Shown here: positions 38,458 through 46,739 of the stretch, one piece after another
Layout: each line of letters begins with the position of its first letter
Position numbering within the stretch: the stretch's first letter is position 1
NCBI GenBank assembly: GCA_035760965.1
Contig: DASTRY010000057.1
Coordinates: 22,178 to 86,177, forward strand
DNA from: Steroidobacteraceae bacterium
GTDB taxonomy: Bacteria > Pseudomonadota > Gammaproteobacteria > Steroidobacterales > Steroidobacteraceae
Length of the DNA: 64,000 nt
Direction: 5' to 3'
Position numbers and translations under genes: made by a program
Notes under the pieces: model-generated
What the model was told of the DNA's origin: nothing
The model's database searches: none
Seen by the model: the letters and a program-made list of their open reading frames with translations, nothing else

Positions 38458-38469
38458 GACAGTGCGGAT

Positions 38470-38824
38470 TGGTGGAGGCGGGGGGAATCGAACCCCCGTC
38501 CGTAAGTGCTAAGCCCGAAGACCTACGTACGTAGCTCTCTCTTTGATTCTCACGCGTCGCTACCCGAGGAGCAGGGAAGACGCCGCGCCAGCAGACGGTG
38601 ACTCTTAGCAGAACCGGCCCGTCGCACACCGGTTCGCGATCCTATGAACGCGTCCCCTGATTCAGTTGCATAGGCACAAGCTGGTCAGAGGTCAGCTGCG
38701 CTTAAGCAGCCAGAGCGTAGTTGTCGTCGTTGGCAACTATGAGTTTGCAGCGAGATTTACGAGGACACTGCGCCTCGGTACGCACTTCGGGGTTCACGAC
38801 CCACGTCGAAACCGGTCGCCCCCA
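38470..38824 (-). ncRNA. ssrA: tmRNA (SsrA); tag ORF at 38734-38702 encodes ANDDNYALAA*
   Basis: The 5' end is GGGGGCGACCGGTTTCGACGTGGG. The 3' end is GGACGGGGGTTCGATTCCCCCCGCCTCCACCA, a tRNA-Ala-like acceptor and T-arm. The internal tag reads GCC AAC GAC GAC AAC TAC GCT CTG GCT GCT TAA. Confidence 0.95.
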
Positions 38825-38918
38825 AAAGCTCGAGCGCGAAGGATACCATCCGCGCCCCGCGGCGTGGAGGCGTGCAATTTGCACGCGCAGCCGCGTGCCC
38901 AACAAGTGGAGTCGGGGG

Positions 38919-39680
38919 ATGTCTGAATCAAGTTTCTGGAGCGGCGCCGCGCTCGTGTCGCTGTTTGCAACCACTGTCGCACACGCACAGGACACCTGGA
39001 CGACGCGAGCCGAGCTGGGCTTCGTCGCCGCGCATGGCAACAGCTCGACGAAAACGGCGAACGCCAAGGTCGAGATCGCGCGTGAAATCCACGATTGGAA
39101 GTACACGTTCGCGACGACGGGCCTGTACGGGCGGACCACGGGGATTTCGACCGCGCAGCACTTCGATGCGCGCTCGCAGGCCAACTATGCCTTCAGCGAG
39201 CGCTCGTTCTGGTTCGGCGCGCTCCGTTACGAGGACGACCGTTTCAGCGGCTTCGACTATCAGACGACGGCGACGACCGGTGTCGGTCGTAAATTCATCG
39301 ACACCGACGCGACGAAACTCTCGATCCAGATCGGCGCGGGCTTTCGCGCCCTGCGCCCCGAGGAGCTCGTGCGCGATGAGGCGACCGACGCGGTGCTCGC
39401 CCGCATCAAGGGTGAACGTTCGCACGACGCCGTCGCGAACGGCGCCCTCTCCTTCGAGCATGCCTTCAACGACCACACCAAGGTCATCGACTCGCTGCTC
39501 ACCGAAGCCGGCCAGGCGAACACGCTCACGCGCAACGATCTTTCGCTCGAAGTGAAGATGATCAGGACCTTCGCGGTGAGCATCGGCTTGAGCATCCGGC
39601 ACAACAGCGAACCGGGGCCGGGGCTGCAGCGCACGGACACGCTCACGACGGTGAATCTCGTATATTCGAATCAACCGTGA
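38919..39680 (+). CDS. DUF481 (YdiY-like) outer-membrane beta-barrel protein
   Basis: Signal peptide MSESSFWSGAALVSLFATTVAHAQ, followed by alternating beta-strand-like repeats (..GFVAAHGNSSTKTANAKVE.. ..FGALRYEDDRFSGFDYQ..). Confidence 0.75.
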   Translation: MSESSFWSGAALVSLFATTVAHAQDTWTTRAELGFVAAHGNSSTKTANAKVEIAREIHDWKYTFATTGLYGRTTGISTAQHFDARSQANYAFSERSFWFGALRYEDDRFSGFDYQTTATTGVGRKFIDTDATKLSIQIGAGFRALRPEELVRDEATDAVLARIKGERSHDAVANGALSFEHAFNDHTKVIDSLLTEAGQANTLTRNDLSLEVKMIRTFAVSIGLSIRHNSEPGPGLQRTDTLTTVNLVYSNQP

Positions 39681-39752
39681 GCTGACCGACAACCAGAGCG
39701 AATGCTTCGGCACGGCCGGAACCGTGACACCCCGTGAGCCATTGTGTGCTGT

Positions 39753-40436
39753 ATGGCTACACCCCCGCGCCACGGCGACGACGAGCTACGCCCCTCGGCT
39801 GATGAGAGCGCAACCGAAGGCGCAGGCATTGGTCGCCACCTGAACTCGCTGTCAGAGCTGCGAGACGCGGTCAACGCGTGCCGGCGCTGCGGGCTGTGGC
39901 GAAACGCCACGCAAGGTGTGCCGGGCGAAGGCCCGGACCGCGCGGACATGATGCTCGTCGGCGAGCAGCCGGGAGATGCCGAAGATACCGAGGGCCACCC
40001 TTTCGTCGGTCCGGCCGGCCGCATTCTCGACCGCGCGCTCGCTCAGGCGGGGATCGACCGCAAGGCCGTCTTCGTCTCGAACGCGGTGAAGCACTTCAAG
40101 TTCGAGCCGCGCGGTAAGCGGCGCATCCACTCGAAACCGAATGCCGCCGAGATCGACGCGTGCCGCTGGTGGCTGACCGAAGAGCTGAAGTTCGTGCAAC
40201 CGAAGCTGGTCATCGCGCTCGGCGCGACGGCGGCGCGCAGTGTGTTGGGCCACTCCGTCACCGTATCGTCGATGCGCGGGCTGCCAACACCGTTCACGAA
40301 GACCGCTCACGTCTGGGTGACGATCCACCCGTCTTACTTGCTGCGGATCACAGACGACGCGGACACCGCGGCCGAGTACGACCGCTTCGTCGAAGATCTC
40401 GAAGGCGCGCGTCGCTGGCTGGGGAAGCGCTCGTAG
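39753..40436 (+). CDS. UdgX-type (family 4-like, Fe-S) uracil-DNA glycosylase
   Basis: CRRCGLW, GEQPG (motif A), the KRRIH loop at 40116-40130 and HPSYLLR (motif B). The ATG at 39753 is preferred over the GTG at 39744. Confidence 0.8.
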   Translation: MATPPRHGDDELRPSADESATEGAGIGRHLNSLSELRDAVNACRRCGLWRNATQGVPGEGPDRADMMLVGEQPGDAEDTEGHPFVGPAGRILDRALAQAGIDRKAVFVSNAVKHFKFEPRGKRRIHSKPNAAEIDACRWWLTEELKFVQPKLVIALGATAARSVLGHSVTVSSMRGLPTPFTKTAHVWVTIHPSYLLRITDDADTAAEYDRFVEDLEGARRWLGKRS

Positions 40437-40443
40437 CGTCCTG

Positions 40444-41358
40444 CTAGCGGCGCATGCCGTCCAGCGACAGCAAGAGCCCGTAGAGGTCCGGTCGACGATC
40501 GCGGAAGACGAACCAGTTGTCGCGCAGACGATGGATTGCGTCGAGATCGAACGTCGCGGTCAGCACGGCGTCCTCCGCCTCCCCCGCCTCCGCAACCTTG
40601 GCGCCACTCGGATCGGCGATGAACGACGAGCCGTAGAAGTCGATGTACAGCCCCTCGGGATTCTGCAGCGAGCGCTCGAGACCGTACCGATTGGATGCCA
40701 CGAGCGGCGTCAGATTGGCAGCGGCGTGCCCCTGCTGCGTCCGCTGCCAGTGATCGCGGGAGTTCACCGGGAGTGCAGGCGGCGGCTCGGTGCCGATTGC
40801 AGTCGGGAAGAACAGCAATTCCGCGCCCATGAGCGCCATCGCCCGCGCCGTCTCGGGAAACCACTGATCCCAGCAGATGCCCACACCGATGCGTGCGAAC
40901 TTCGTGTCCCACACCTTGAACCCGGTATCGCCCGGGCTGAAGTAGTTCTTCTCCTGGTATCCCGGCCCGTTCGGAATGTGCGATTTGCGATAGACGCCGA
41001 GATTGCGCCCGTCCGCATCCAGAATGGCCACCGAGTTGAAGTAGGCGGGGCCGGCCTGCTCGAAGAAACTGATGGGCAGCACGACACCGAGCTCGCGCGC
41101 AATCGGCTGGAAGTGCTGAATCGCGCGATTGCTCTCGACGGGACGCGCAAGACTCAGGTGGCGCACGTCCTGCTCGATGCAGAAGTACGGCGTCTCGAAG
41201 AGCTCGGGCAACAGGATGATCTGCGCACCGCGGCGCGCAGCCTCGCGCACCGCCCGTTCGGCCTTCGCGAGATTCCCCTCCAGGTTCCAATCGCAGGAGA
41301 ACTGCGTGGCCGCGACGGTGACATTGCGCGGGGAGCTGCGGAAATGAGCAGGTTCCAT
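40444..41358 (-). CDS. aguB: N-carbamoylputrescine amidase (nitrilase superfamily)
   Basis: ..YRKSHIPNGPGYQEKNYFSPGDTGFKVW..GICWDQWFPETAR..FFPTAIGTEP.. matches the AguB/CPA pattern. Confidence 0.85.
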   Translation of the reverse strand: MEPAHFRSSPRNVTVAATQFSCDWNLEGNLAKAERAVREAARRGAQIILLPELFETPYFCIEQDVRHLSLARPVESNRAIQHFQPIARELGVVLPISFFEQAGPAYFNSVAILDADGRNLGVYRKSHIPNGPGYQEKNYFSPGDTGFKVWDTKFARIGVGICWDQWFPETARAMALMGAELLFFPTAIGTEPPPALPVNSRDHWQRTQQGHAAANLTPLVASNRYGLERSLQNPEGLYIDFYGSSFIADPSGAKVAEAGEAEDAVLTATFDLDAIHRLRDNWFVFRDRRPDLYGLLLSLDGMRR

Positions 41359-41494
41359 CGAGGACCTCGGAGGATGATTTTGGCGGGCGACGTTACCCTA
41401 GCGCACGCGGGCCGGCAAAAGTCGCGGCGGGGGGCCCTAACGAACGACGCCGCGCTCGCAGCTGGAGTGCTGCAGGCGCGACGCCGTGGTTACA

Positions 41495-42214
41495 TCAGTG
41501 CAGCCGCTTCTTGCTCGAAGGACCGGTGAGCTGCGGGAATAGCGCCTGATCGAGCGCCTGCACGTACGTCGACACGTCGGCCGGACCCGGCACGAGCACG
41601 CGACCGTTGATCAGCAGATTCGGAGTCACGGTGACGCCGAAACCGCGCAACCGCTTCTCGTCCGCTTCCACGATGTCGCGCCCTTCCGCCGGATTGGCGA
41701 ACGCGATGAGCGTCTCCTCCGCGAGATGATTTTCGCGGCCGACCGCCTCGATGACTTTCGGATCGCCGATATCGCGCCCCTGCTCGAAGAAGGCGCGGAA
41801 GAGTCCGTCCGCGACCTCGCTGTGTTTGTCCTCACGAGCCGCGAGCACGACGAGGCGATGTGCTTCTGTCGTATCGGGCAGCCGCTCGATCCGATCGAAA
41901 TCGAAGTGAATACCGACGCTCTCTCCGGCTTCGGTGAGACTCTTCTGCGCGAAATCGACCGTGACATTGGGGGGCAGCCGACTTGCCAGATGATCGCGCC
42001 ACGTGCGCCGTGTGTCGCCGTGCGTGAGCGCGAGCTCCATTTGGGTTCGGAAGCCATGCCACCGCAGCGCACGCACCGGCAACCCGTAGAGGTTGTCGAG
42101 CGCGCGTTCGAGACTGCGCTTGCCCAGGAACGACCAGGGGCACGCGAGATCTGCGATCAGATCGATCTCGAGGGTGGGCCGTGCAACCGTCGGGGTGGCG
42201 ATTTGTGTGTCCAT
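41495..42214 (-). CDS. DsbA-family (FrnE/HCCA-isomerase-like) thioredoxin-fold protein, CPWS variant, cytoplasmic
   Basis: ..IDLIADLACPWSFLGKRSLERAL.. ..FGVTVTPNLLINGR... No signal peptide is evident. Confidence 0.7.
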   Translation of the reverse strand: MDTQIATPTVARPTLEIDLIADLACPWSFLGKRSLERALDNLYGLPVRALRWHGFRTQMELALTHGDTRRTWRDHLASRLPPNVTVDFAQKSLTEAGESVGIHFDFDRIERLPDTTEAHRLVVLAAREDKHSEVADGLFRAFFEQGRDIGDPKVIEAVGRENHLAEETLIAFANPAEGRDIVEADEKRLRGFGVTVTPNLLINGRVLVPGPADVSTYVQALDQALFPQLTGPSSKKRLH

Positions 42215-42314
42215 GAGGCGCTACGTGGAGGACGCCGGTGATTATTCAAGCCGCCACGGAGAGGGAAGTTCCTGCCGGCGGCGCCCTGCGGGGGCTGGAG
42301 CGGGCCCAGTCGGC

Positions 42315-43265
42315 TCAGCGCGCCCGGGCCCCGGCGTGGACTTGCTCCGTGATCCGCATCGCGGTCTCGAGGGCCCGCAAGCCCGCCTCCCCGCCGACGA
42401 CCGGCGGCTGCCCGGTCCGGATGCAGGTGAGGAACGATTCGATCTCGGCCTTGAGCGCATCGCCCTGATCCAAGCTCTGTTCCTCGATCGAGACGGGCAG
42501 CTGGCCGGGCGCGGGCGCGGCCGGGCGCTTGCGAATCAGGGTGAGGATCTTCTGCTGCAGATCGAGCGAGAGGTAGGCGTCGTCCTCGAACACGCGGAGC
42601 TTGCGTTCGGTCTTCAGGCTCACGCGGCTCGCGGTCGCATTCGCGACGCAGCCGTTCTCGAAGCGGATGCGCGCGTTCGCGATGTCGATCTCGTCGGAGA
42701 AGACTTTCGTGCCGATCGCATCGATCGACACGATCGGTGAGCGCACGATCGTCTGCACGATGTCGATGTCGTGGATCATGAGATCGAGCACGACGTTCAC
42801 GTCGGTGCCGCGCTCCTTGTACGGCGCGAGCCGATGGCACTCGATGAAGCGCGGCGCGATGAGATACGGCTCCGCGGCGAGAATAGCGGCGTTGAACCGC
42901 TCGAGATGTCCCACCTGCAGCACGCGCCCGCGCGCCTGTGCGAGCTCGATCAGCTGGCGCGCTTCGGCAGCCGTCTCGGTGATCGGCTTTTCCACCAGCA
43001 CGTGCACGCCCGCCGCCAGAAAGTCGCGCGCGATCGCGAAATGCGCGGGCGTCGGGGTGACGACGCTCACGGCATCGACGCGGTCCAGCAGCTCGCGATG
43101 ATCCGCGAGCGCCTGCGTATTCAGCTCTTTGGCGACACTCTCGCGCGCCTCGGCGCGCGCATCGACCACCGCGACGAGCTCGCAGTCTGCCGCCTGAGCG
43201 TACTTCTGCGCGTGAAACCGTCCGAGATAGCCGACACCGACGACTGCTGCTCTGATTTTTTGCAT
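42315..43265 (-). CDS. Gfo/Idh/MocA family NAD(P)-dependent oxidoreductase
   Basis: N-terminal Rossmann fold IRAAVVGVGYLGRFHAQ, then ..EKPI.. and ..GHLERFN... Confidence 0.85.
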   Translation of the reverse strand: MQKIRAAVVGVGYLGRFHAQKYAQAADCELVAVVDARAEARESVAKELNTQALADHRELLDRVDAVSVVTPTPAHFAIARDFLAAGVHVLVEKPITETAAEARQLIELAQARGRVLQVGHLERFNAAILAAEPYLIAPRFIECHRLAPYKERGTDVNVVLDLMIHDIDIVQTIVRSPIVSIDAIGTKVFSDEIDIANARIRFENGCVANATASRVSLKTERKLRVFEDDAYLSLDLQQKILTLIRKRPAAPAPGQLPVSIEEQSLDQGDALKAEIESFLTCIRTGQPPVVGGEAGLRALETAMRITEQVHAGARAR

Positions 43266-43381
43266 CTTGCGGCTATTATGCCCGCGCCTCGGCCTGACGG
43301 CCGGTGTGACTGAGGAGTTGTCTTCTGCCCCATCCTTCCGAACGCCTCGGCGGTCCGCCGCCTGCGCCCGCGCCGAGTGCT

Positions 43382-43642
43382 TTGAGCTCTCGCGGCCGTC
43401 GCGAGCTCCTGCTCTTCCTCGTCATGCTGGCCAGCGGTCTCTTCATCGTGCCGCTGCTGATCTGGCTGGTCGGGCAATGGATCCTCGGACCCTACGCCGA
43501 CGGCGGCGCCTTTGCGCTGCTCATGGACTTCTTCACGGGCCTGAAGAACGGTTCGCTGCCCTACTGGGCCGTCGTCGTCGGTCCGTATGTCTTTGTCTTA
43601 ATCTTGCGGCTCTTCTGGTACCTCGCGCAGCGCACGCGATAG
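43382..43642 (+). CDS. hypothetical small membrane protein (2 predicted TM segments)
   Basis: 86-aa ORF with strong GC3 codon bias and two hydrophobic stretches. The start is uncertain (TTG at 43382 or ATG at 43424). I recognise no family. Confidence 0.5.
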   Translation: MSSRGRRELLLFLVMLASGLFIVPLLIWLVGQWILGPYADGGAFALLMDFFTGLKNGSLPYWAVVVGPYVFVLILRLFWYLAQRTR

Positions 43643-43735
43643 TGTGACCTTCGTCGCAACCGCGTCAGGCGGCGTGTGACAAGCTTCTCACTGTCGAAAC
43701 ACGAAGAAGCTGCTTCGAGCAGCACCGGGGATCAG

Positions 43736-43948
43736 ATGAAGGGCACCTCGCCGCAACCGGCTTGGCCATTGCCGACCGAGACTCAGGCTACAACGCCGAC
43801 CGCAAAACCAGAGAAGACCATCAGTCGCATCACGCTCGCCCTGCTGGACGAGTACTCCGAAGAGAAAGGCCGTGGTTACGACCCGTACGACACCGCTCGA
43901 GTCGCCCGCGCAGCCGACGTCTGGAGACGCAAGCCCAAGCGTGACTGA
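43736..43948 (+). CDS. hypothetical small soluble protein (about 70 aa)
   Basis: ATG at 43736 with GGGGA 6 nt upstream. The product is MKGTSPQPAWPLP...GRGYDPYDTARVARAADVWRRKPKRD. I recognise no family, and the coding status is tentative. Confidence 0.4.
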   Translation: MKGTSPQPAWPLPTETQATTPTAKPEKTISRITLALLDEYSEEKGRGYDPYDTARVARAADVWRRKPKRD

Positions 43949-43996
43949 CACCGGCGCCGGGCCGTGGAGCCGGGCGCCGGGCCATGCATCCGAAAG

Positions 43997-44284
43997 CTAG
44001 CTCGGCCAGTAGACCCAGAAGGCCAGGCCGAGCACGGCCACCATCGCGAGGTGCGCCGGGAAGCGCCAGCGGCGCAGGCGGATCTCGCCGTAGAAGCTGG
44101 CGGCCGCGGCCGCAGAAAGCAGTGTAAACAAGAGGATGGCCTGCACCAGCGGGCCCTTCTCGGCCGCAAGGCGGTCGGCGTGCTCAGGAATCAACAGAAT
44201 GACGATCATCGTCATCAGCAGCCCCACGGCGAGCGAAACTGCCGAGCCCATCACGATTCCAATCAGGACGGCGAGCGGCCTCAT
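43997..44284 (-). CDS. hypothetical small membrane protein (3 predicted TM segments)
   Basis: 95-aa ORF with GC3-biased codons and GAGGGG about 10 nt upstream of the ATG. It is divergent from prc. Confidence 0.55.
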   Translation of the reverse strand: MRPLAVLIGIVMGSAVSLAVGLLMTMIVILLIPEHADRLAAEKGPLVQAILLFTLLSAAAAASFYGEIRLRRWRFPAHLAMVAVLGLAFWVYWPS

Positions 44285-44385
44285 ACGGCCATACCCCTCG
44301 CCCGTAAGCCCATCTTCATCGGAACTGAGTACTTGATGCCCAGGTGCGCGGCCTCTAGATTGGGGCCGAAGAGTTTACTCATATT

Positions 44386-46542
44386 GTGAGCGTCCGAATG
44401 CCCAAGACCTTGCGCCGTTCCTCCGGCTGGCTAGCCGCTTCGGCTCTCACCGCCATCCTCCTCGTCGTAGCAAGCTCATCGCCGGCGCCGGCGGCCAGTA
44501 CCGCGGCGCTACCTCCGGGCGCCATCGTGCCGACGGATCGTCAGCGCGCCATCGCGCGACGCGTGGGCACGATTCTCGAAGAGGCACACTTCCGTCGGCA
44601 ACCCATCGACGACAAGCTGTCCGCGCAAGTCTACGACCGCTATCTCGATCTGCTGGACGGGCAGCGCAGCTACTTCCTGCAGAGCGACATCGCGGAATTC
44701 AACTCCTCGCGGCTGAAGTTCGACGACATGATCCGTACCGGCGATCTCGAGCCCGCGTACGTCATCTTCGCGCGCTTCCAGCAGCGCAACCGCGAACGCA
44801 TCAACTATGCGCTCGAGCTGCTGAAGACCGAGCCGGACTGGAACGCCAACGAATCGTTCGAGTTCGATCGCGAGCACGCGCCGTGGCCGGCGAACATCGC
44901 CGAGATGAACGAGCTGTGGCGCAAGCGCGTAAAGAACGATGCGGTCTCGCTGCTGCTCACCGGCAAGTCATGGAAGGAAGCGCAGGATCTGCTCCACAAG
45001 CGCTACGAGCGCGTCCTGAAGCGCGTCGATCAAGTGACGCAGGAAGACGTGTTCGAGAACCTGATGAACGCGTACGCGCGCACCTTCGACCCGCACTCGA
45101 GCTACTTCTCGCCGCGCAGCTCCGAGGAATATCGCATTCAGATGAGCTTGAACTACGAGGGCATCGGCGCCTCGCTGCAGCTCGTCGACGACTACGTGAC
45201 GATTCTGAACGTCATCGAGGGCGGCCCGGCGGCCGTCGCCGGCACGCTCGCCGTGAACGACCGCATCGTCGGTGTCGCGCAGGGCAAGGACGGCGCCTTT
45301 CAGGATGTCATTGGTTGGCGCCTCGACGATGTGGTGCAGCTGATTCGCGGCAAAGCCGGAACCAGCGTGCGGCTGCAGATACTCCCGGCCGGCGCCGCCC
45401 CGGGCTCGCCGGAGAAGACGCTGGAGTTCGTGCGCAACAAGGTCACGCTCGAAGCGCAGGCCGCGCACAAGCAAGTCAAGAACATCACTCGCAACGGCAA
45501 GACCTACAAGGTCGGCATCATCACCGTTCCCGGGTTCTATCAGGACATCGCGGCGCAGAGCGCCGGCGACGAGAACTACCGCAGCACCACGCGCGACGTG
45601 CGCCGGCTCCTCACGGAGCTGAAGGCCGAGAAGATCGACGGTCTGGTCCTCGACCTGCGCGATGACGGCGGCGGCTATCTGCCGGAAGCGACGGCACTCA
45701 CCGGGCTCTTCATCGACAAGGGACCGGTCGTGCAGCTGAAGGACACGACGGGCCGCCTGGAAGTGCTCGAAGATCCGGAGCCGGGCACCGAGTACGACGG
45801 CCCGCTCGCCGTGCTCGTGAACCGCTTCAGCGCCTCCGCCTCGGAAATCTTCGCGGGCGCCATTCAGGACTACAAGCGCGGCATCGTCATCGGCCAGCGC
45901 ACGTTCGGCAAGGGCACGGTGCAGAACCTGGTGCCGCTCGACCGCTGGTCGCAGCGCCCCGTCAACGGCCAGCTCACCGTGACGATCGGCAAGTTCTATC
46001 GCGTGACCGGTGAGAGCACGCAGCACCGCGGCGTCGAGCCGGACGTTCCGCTGCCCTCCGCCATCGACTTGAAGGAAGTCGGCGAGAGCGCGCTCGATTC
46101 GGCGCTGCCGTGGGATCGCATCGCCGGCGTTCCCTTCCGCGCCGATCGGCGTGACGAGCCCGCGATCACCGACCTGACGAACGAGGAAGGTCTGCGTGCC
46201 CAGCACGATCCCGATTATCGCTGGCTCGTGTCCAACATCGCAGCCATCGACACGATGCGCGAACAGAAGACGGTGTCGCTGAATCTCGCGGCTCGCAAGG
46301 CCGAGCGCGCCCAGCAGGAGCAGGACCGCCTCGCGCGCGAGAACGCCCGCCGCGCGGCGAAAGGCCTACCGCCGGTGAAGACCACCGAGGAGCTGGAGAA
46401 GGCCGAGAAGGTCGACGAGCCCGATATCGTGTTGAACCAGGCCGCCGAGATCATGGGCGACATCGTGGTCGGTGCCCGTCCGGCGATCCCGACGGACTCG
46501 CGCGGTCCGCAGAGCGCGCGCGCCGAGCCGCAGCAGAATTGA
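44386..46542 (+). CDS. prc: tail-specific (C-terminal processing) protease Prc, S41 family
   Basis: 718-aa protein with a signal peptide, a PDZ region (..YEGIGASLQLVDDYVTILNVIEGGPA..) and an S41 core (..LVNRFSASASEIFAGAIQDY.. ..GKGTVQ..). The start is the GTG at 44386 or the ATG at 44398. Confidence 0.92.
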   Translation: MSVRMPKTLRRSSGWLAASALTAILLVVASSSPAPAASTAALPPGAIVPTDRQRAIARRVGTILEEAHFRRQPIDDKLSAQVYDRYLDLLDGQRSYFLQSDIAEFNSSRLKFDDMIRTGDLEPAYVIFARFQQRNRERINYALELLKTEPDWNANESFEFDREHAPWPANIAEMNELWRKRVKNDAVSLLLTGKSWKEAQDLLHKRYERVLKRVDQVTQEDVFENLMNAYARTFDPHSSYFSPRSSEEYRIQMSLNYEGIGASLQLVDDYVTILNVIEGGPAAVAGTLAVNDRIVGVAQGKDGAFQDVIGWRLDDVVQLIRGKAGTSVRLQILPAGAAPGSPEKTLEFVRNKVTLEAQAAHKQVKNITRNGKTYKVGIITVPGFYQDIAAQSAGDENYRSTTRDVRRLLTELKAEKIDGLVLDLRDDGGGYLPEATALTGLFIDKGPVVQLKDTTGRLEVLEDPEPGTEYDGPLAVLVNRFSASASEIFAGAIQDYKRGIVIGQRTFGKGTVQNLVPLDRWSQRPVNGQLTVTIGKFYRVTGESTQHRGVEPDVPLPSAIDLKEVGESALDSALPWDRIAGVPFRADRRDEPAITDLTNEEGLRAQHDPDYRWLVSNIAAIDTMREQKTVSLNLAARKAERAQQEQDRLARENARRAAKGLPPVKTTEELEKAEKVDEPDIVLNQAAEIMGDIVVGARPAIPTDSRGPQSARAEPQQN

Positions 46543-46559
46543 GGCGAACGAAGAAGCTA

Positions 46560-46585
46560 CGGGCCCGGTGAACGGGCCCGGGTTT
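46560..46585 (+). terminator. GC hairpin after prc, possibly a bidirectional terminator
   Basis: CGGGCCCG-GTGAA-CGGGCCCG followed by GGTTTC. The U-tract is weak. Confidence 0.35.
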
Positions 46586-46739
46586 CAGCGAGCGTGGGGC
46601 AGTAATCGACGACGACAGCTACGTCTGCGCTTCGCGGACGTTTCTCGTCAACGTTCTCCGGTGGCTCCTCGTCGCCGTTCTCGGGCGGTTTCCCTGCCCC
46701 CAACGTGAGCGGATCCGCGGACACCCGCGTCGACAATCC

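Noticed and set aside
38429-38918. Possible genomic island or integrase remnant at ssrA; also checked at tRNA-Leu (15468-15552) and tRNA-Ser (56311-56402).
   Set aside because: No integrase, excisionase or phage-like ORFs flank any of the three RNA genes, and no duplicated 3'-end (att-like) repeat is present. The neighbouring genes are conserved housekeeping genes.
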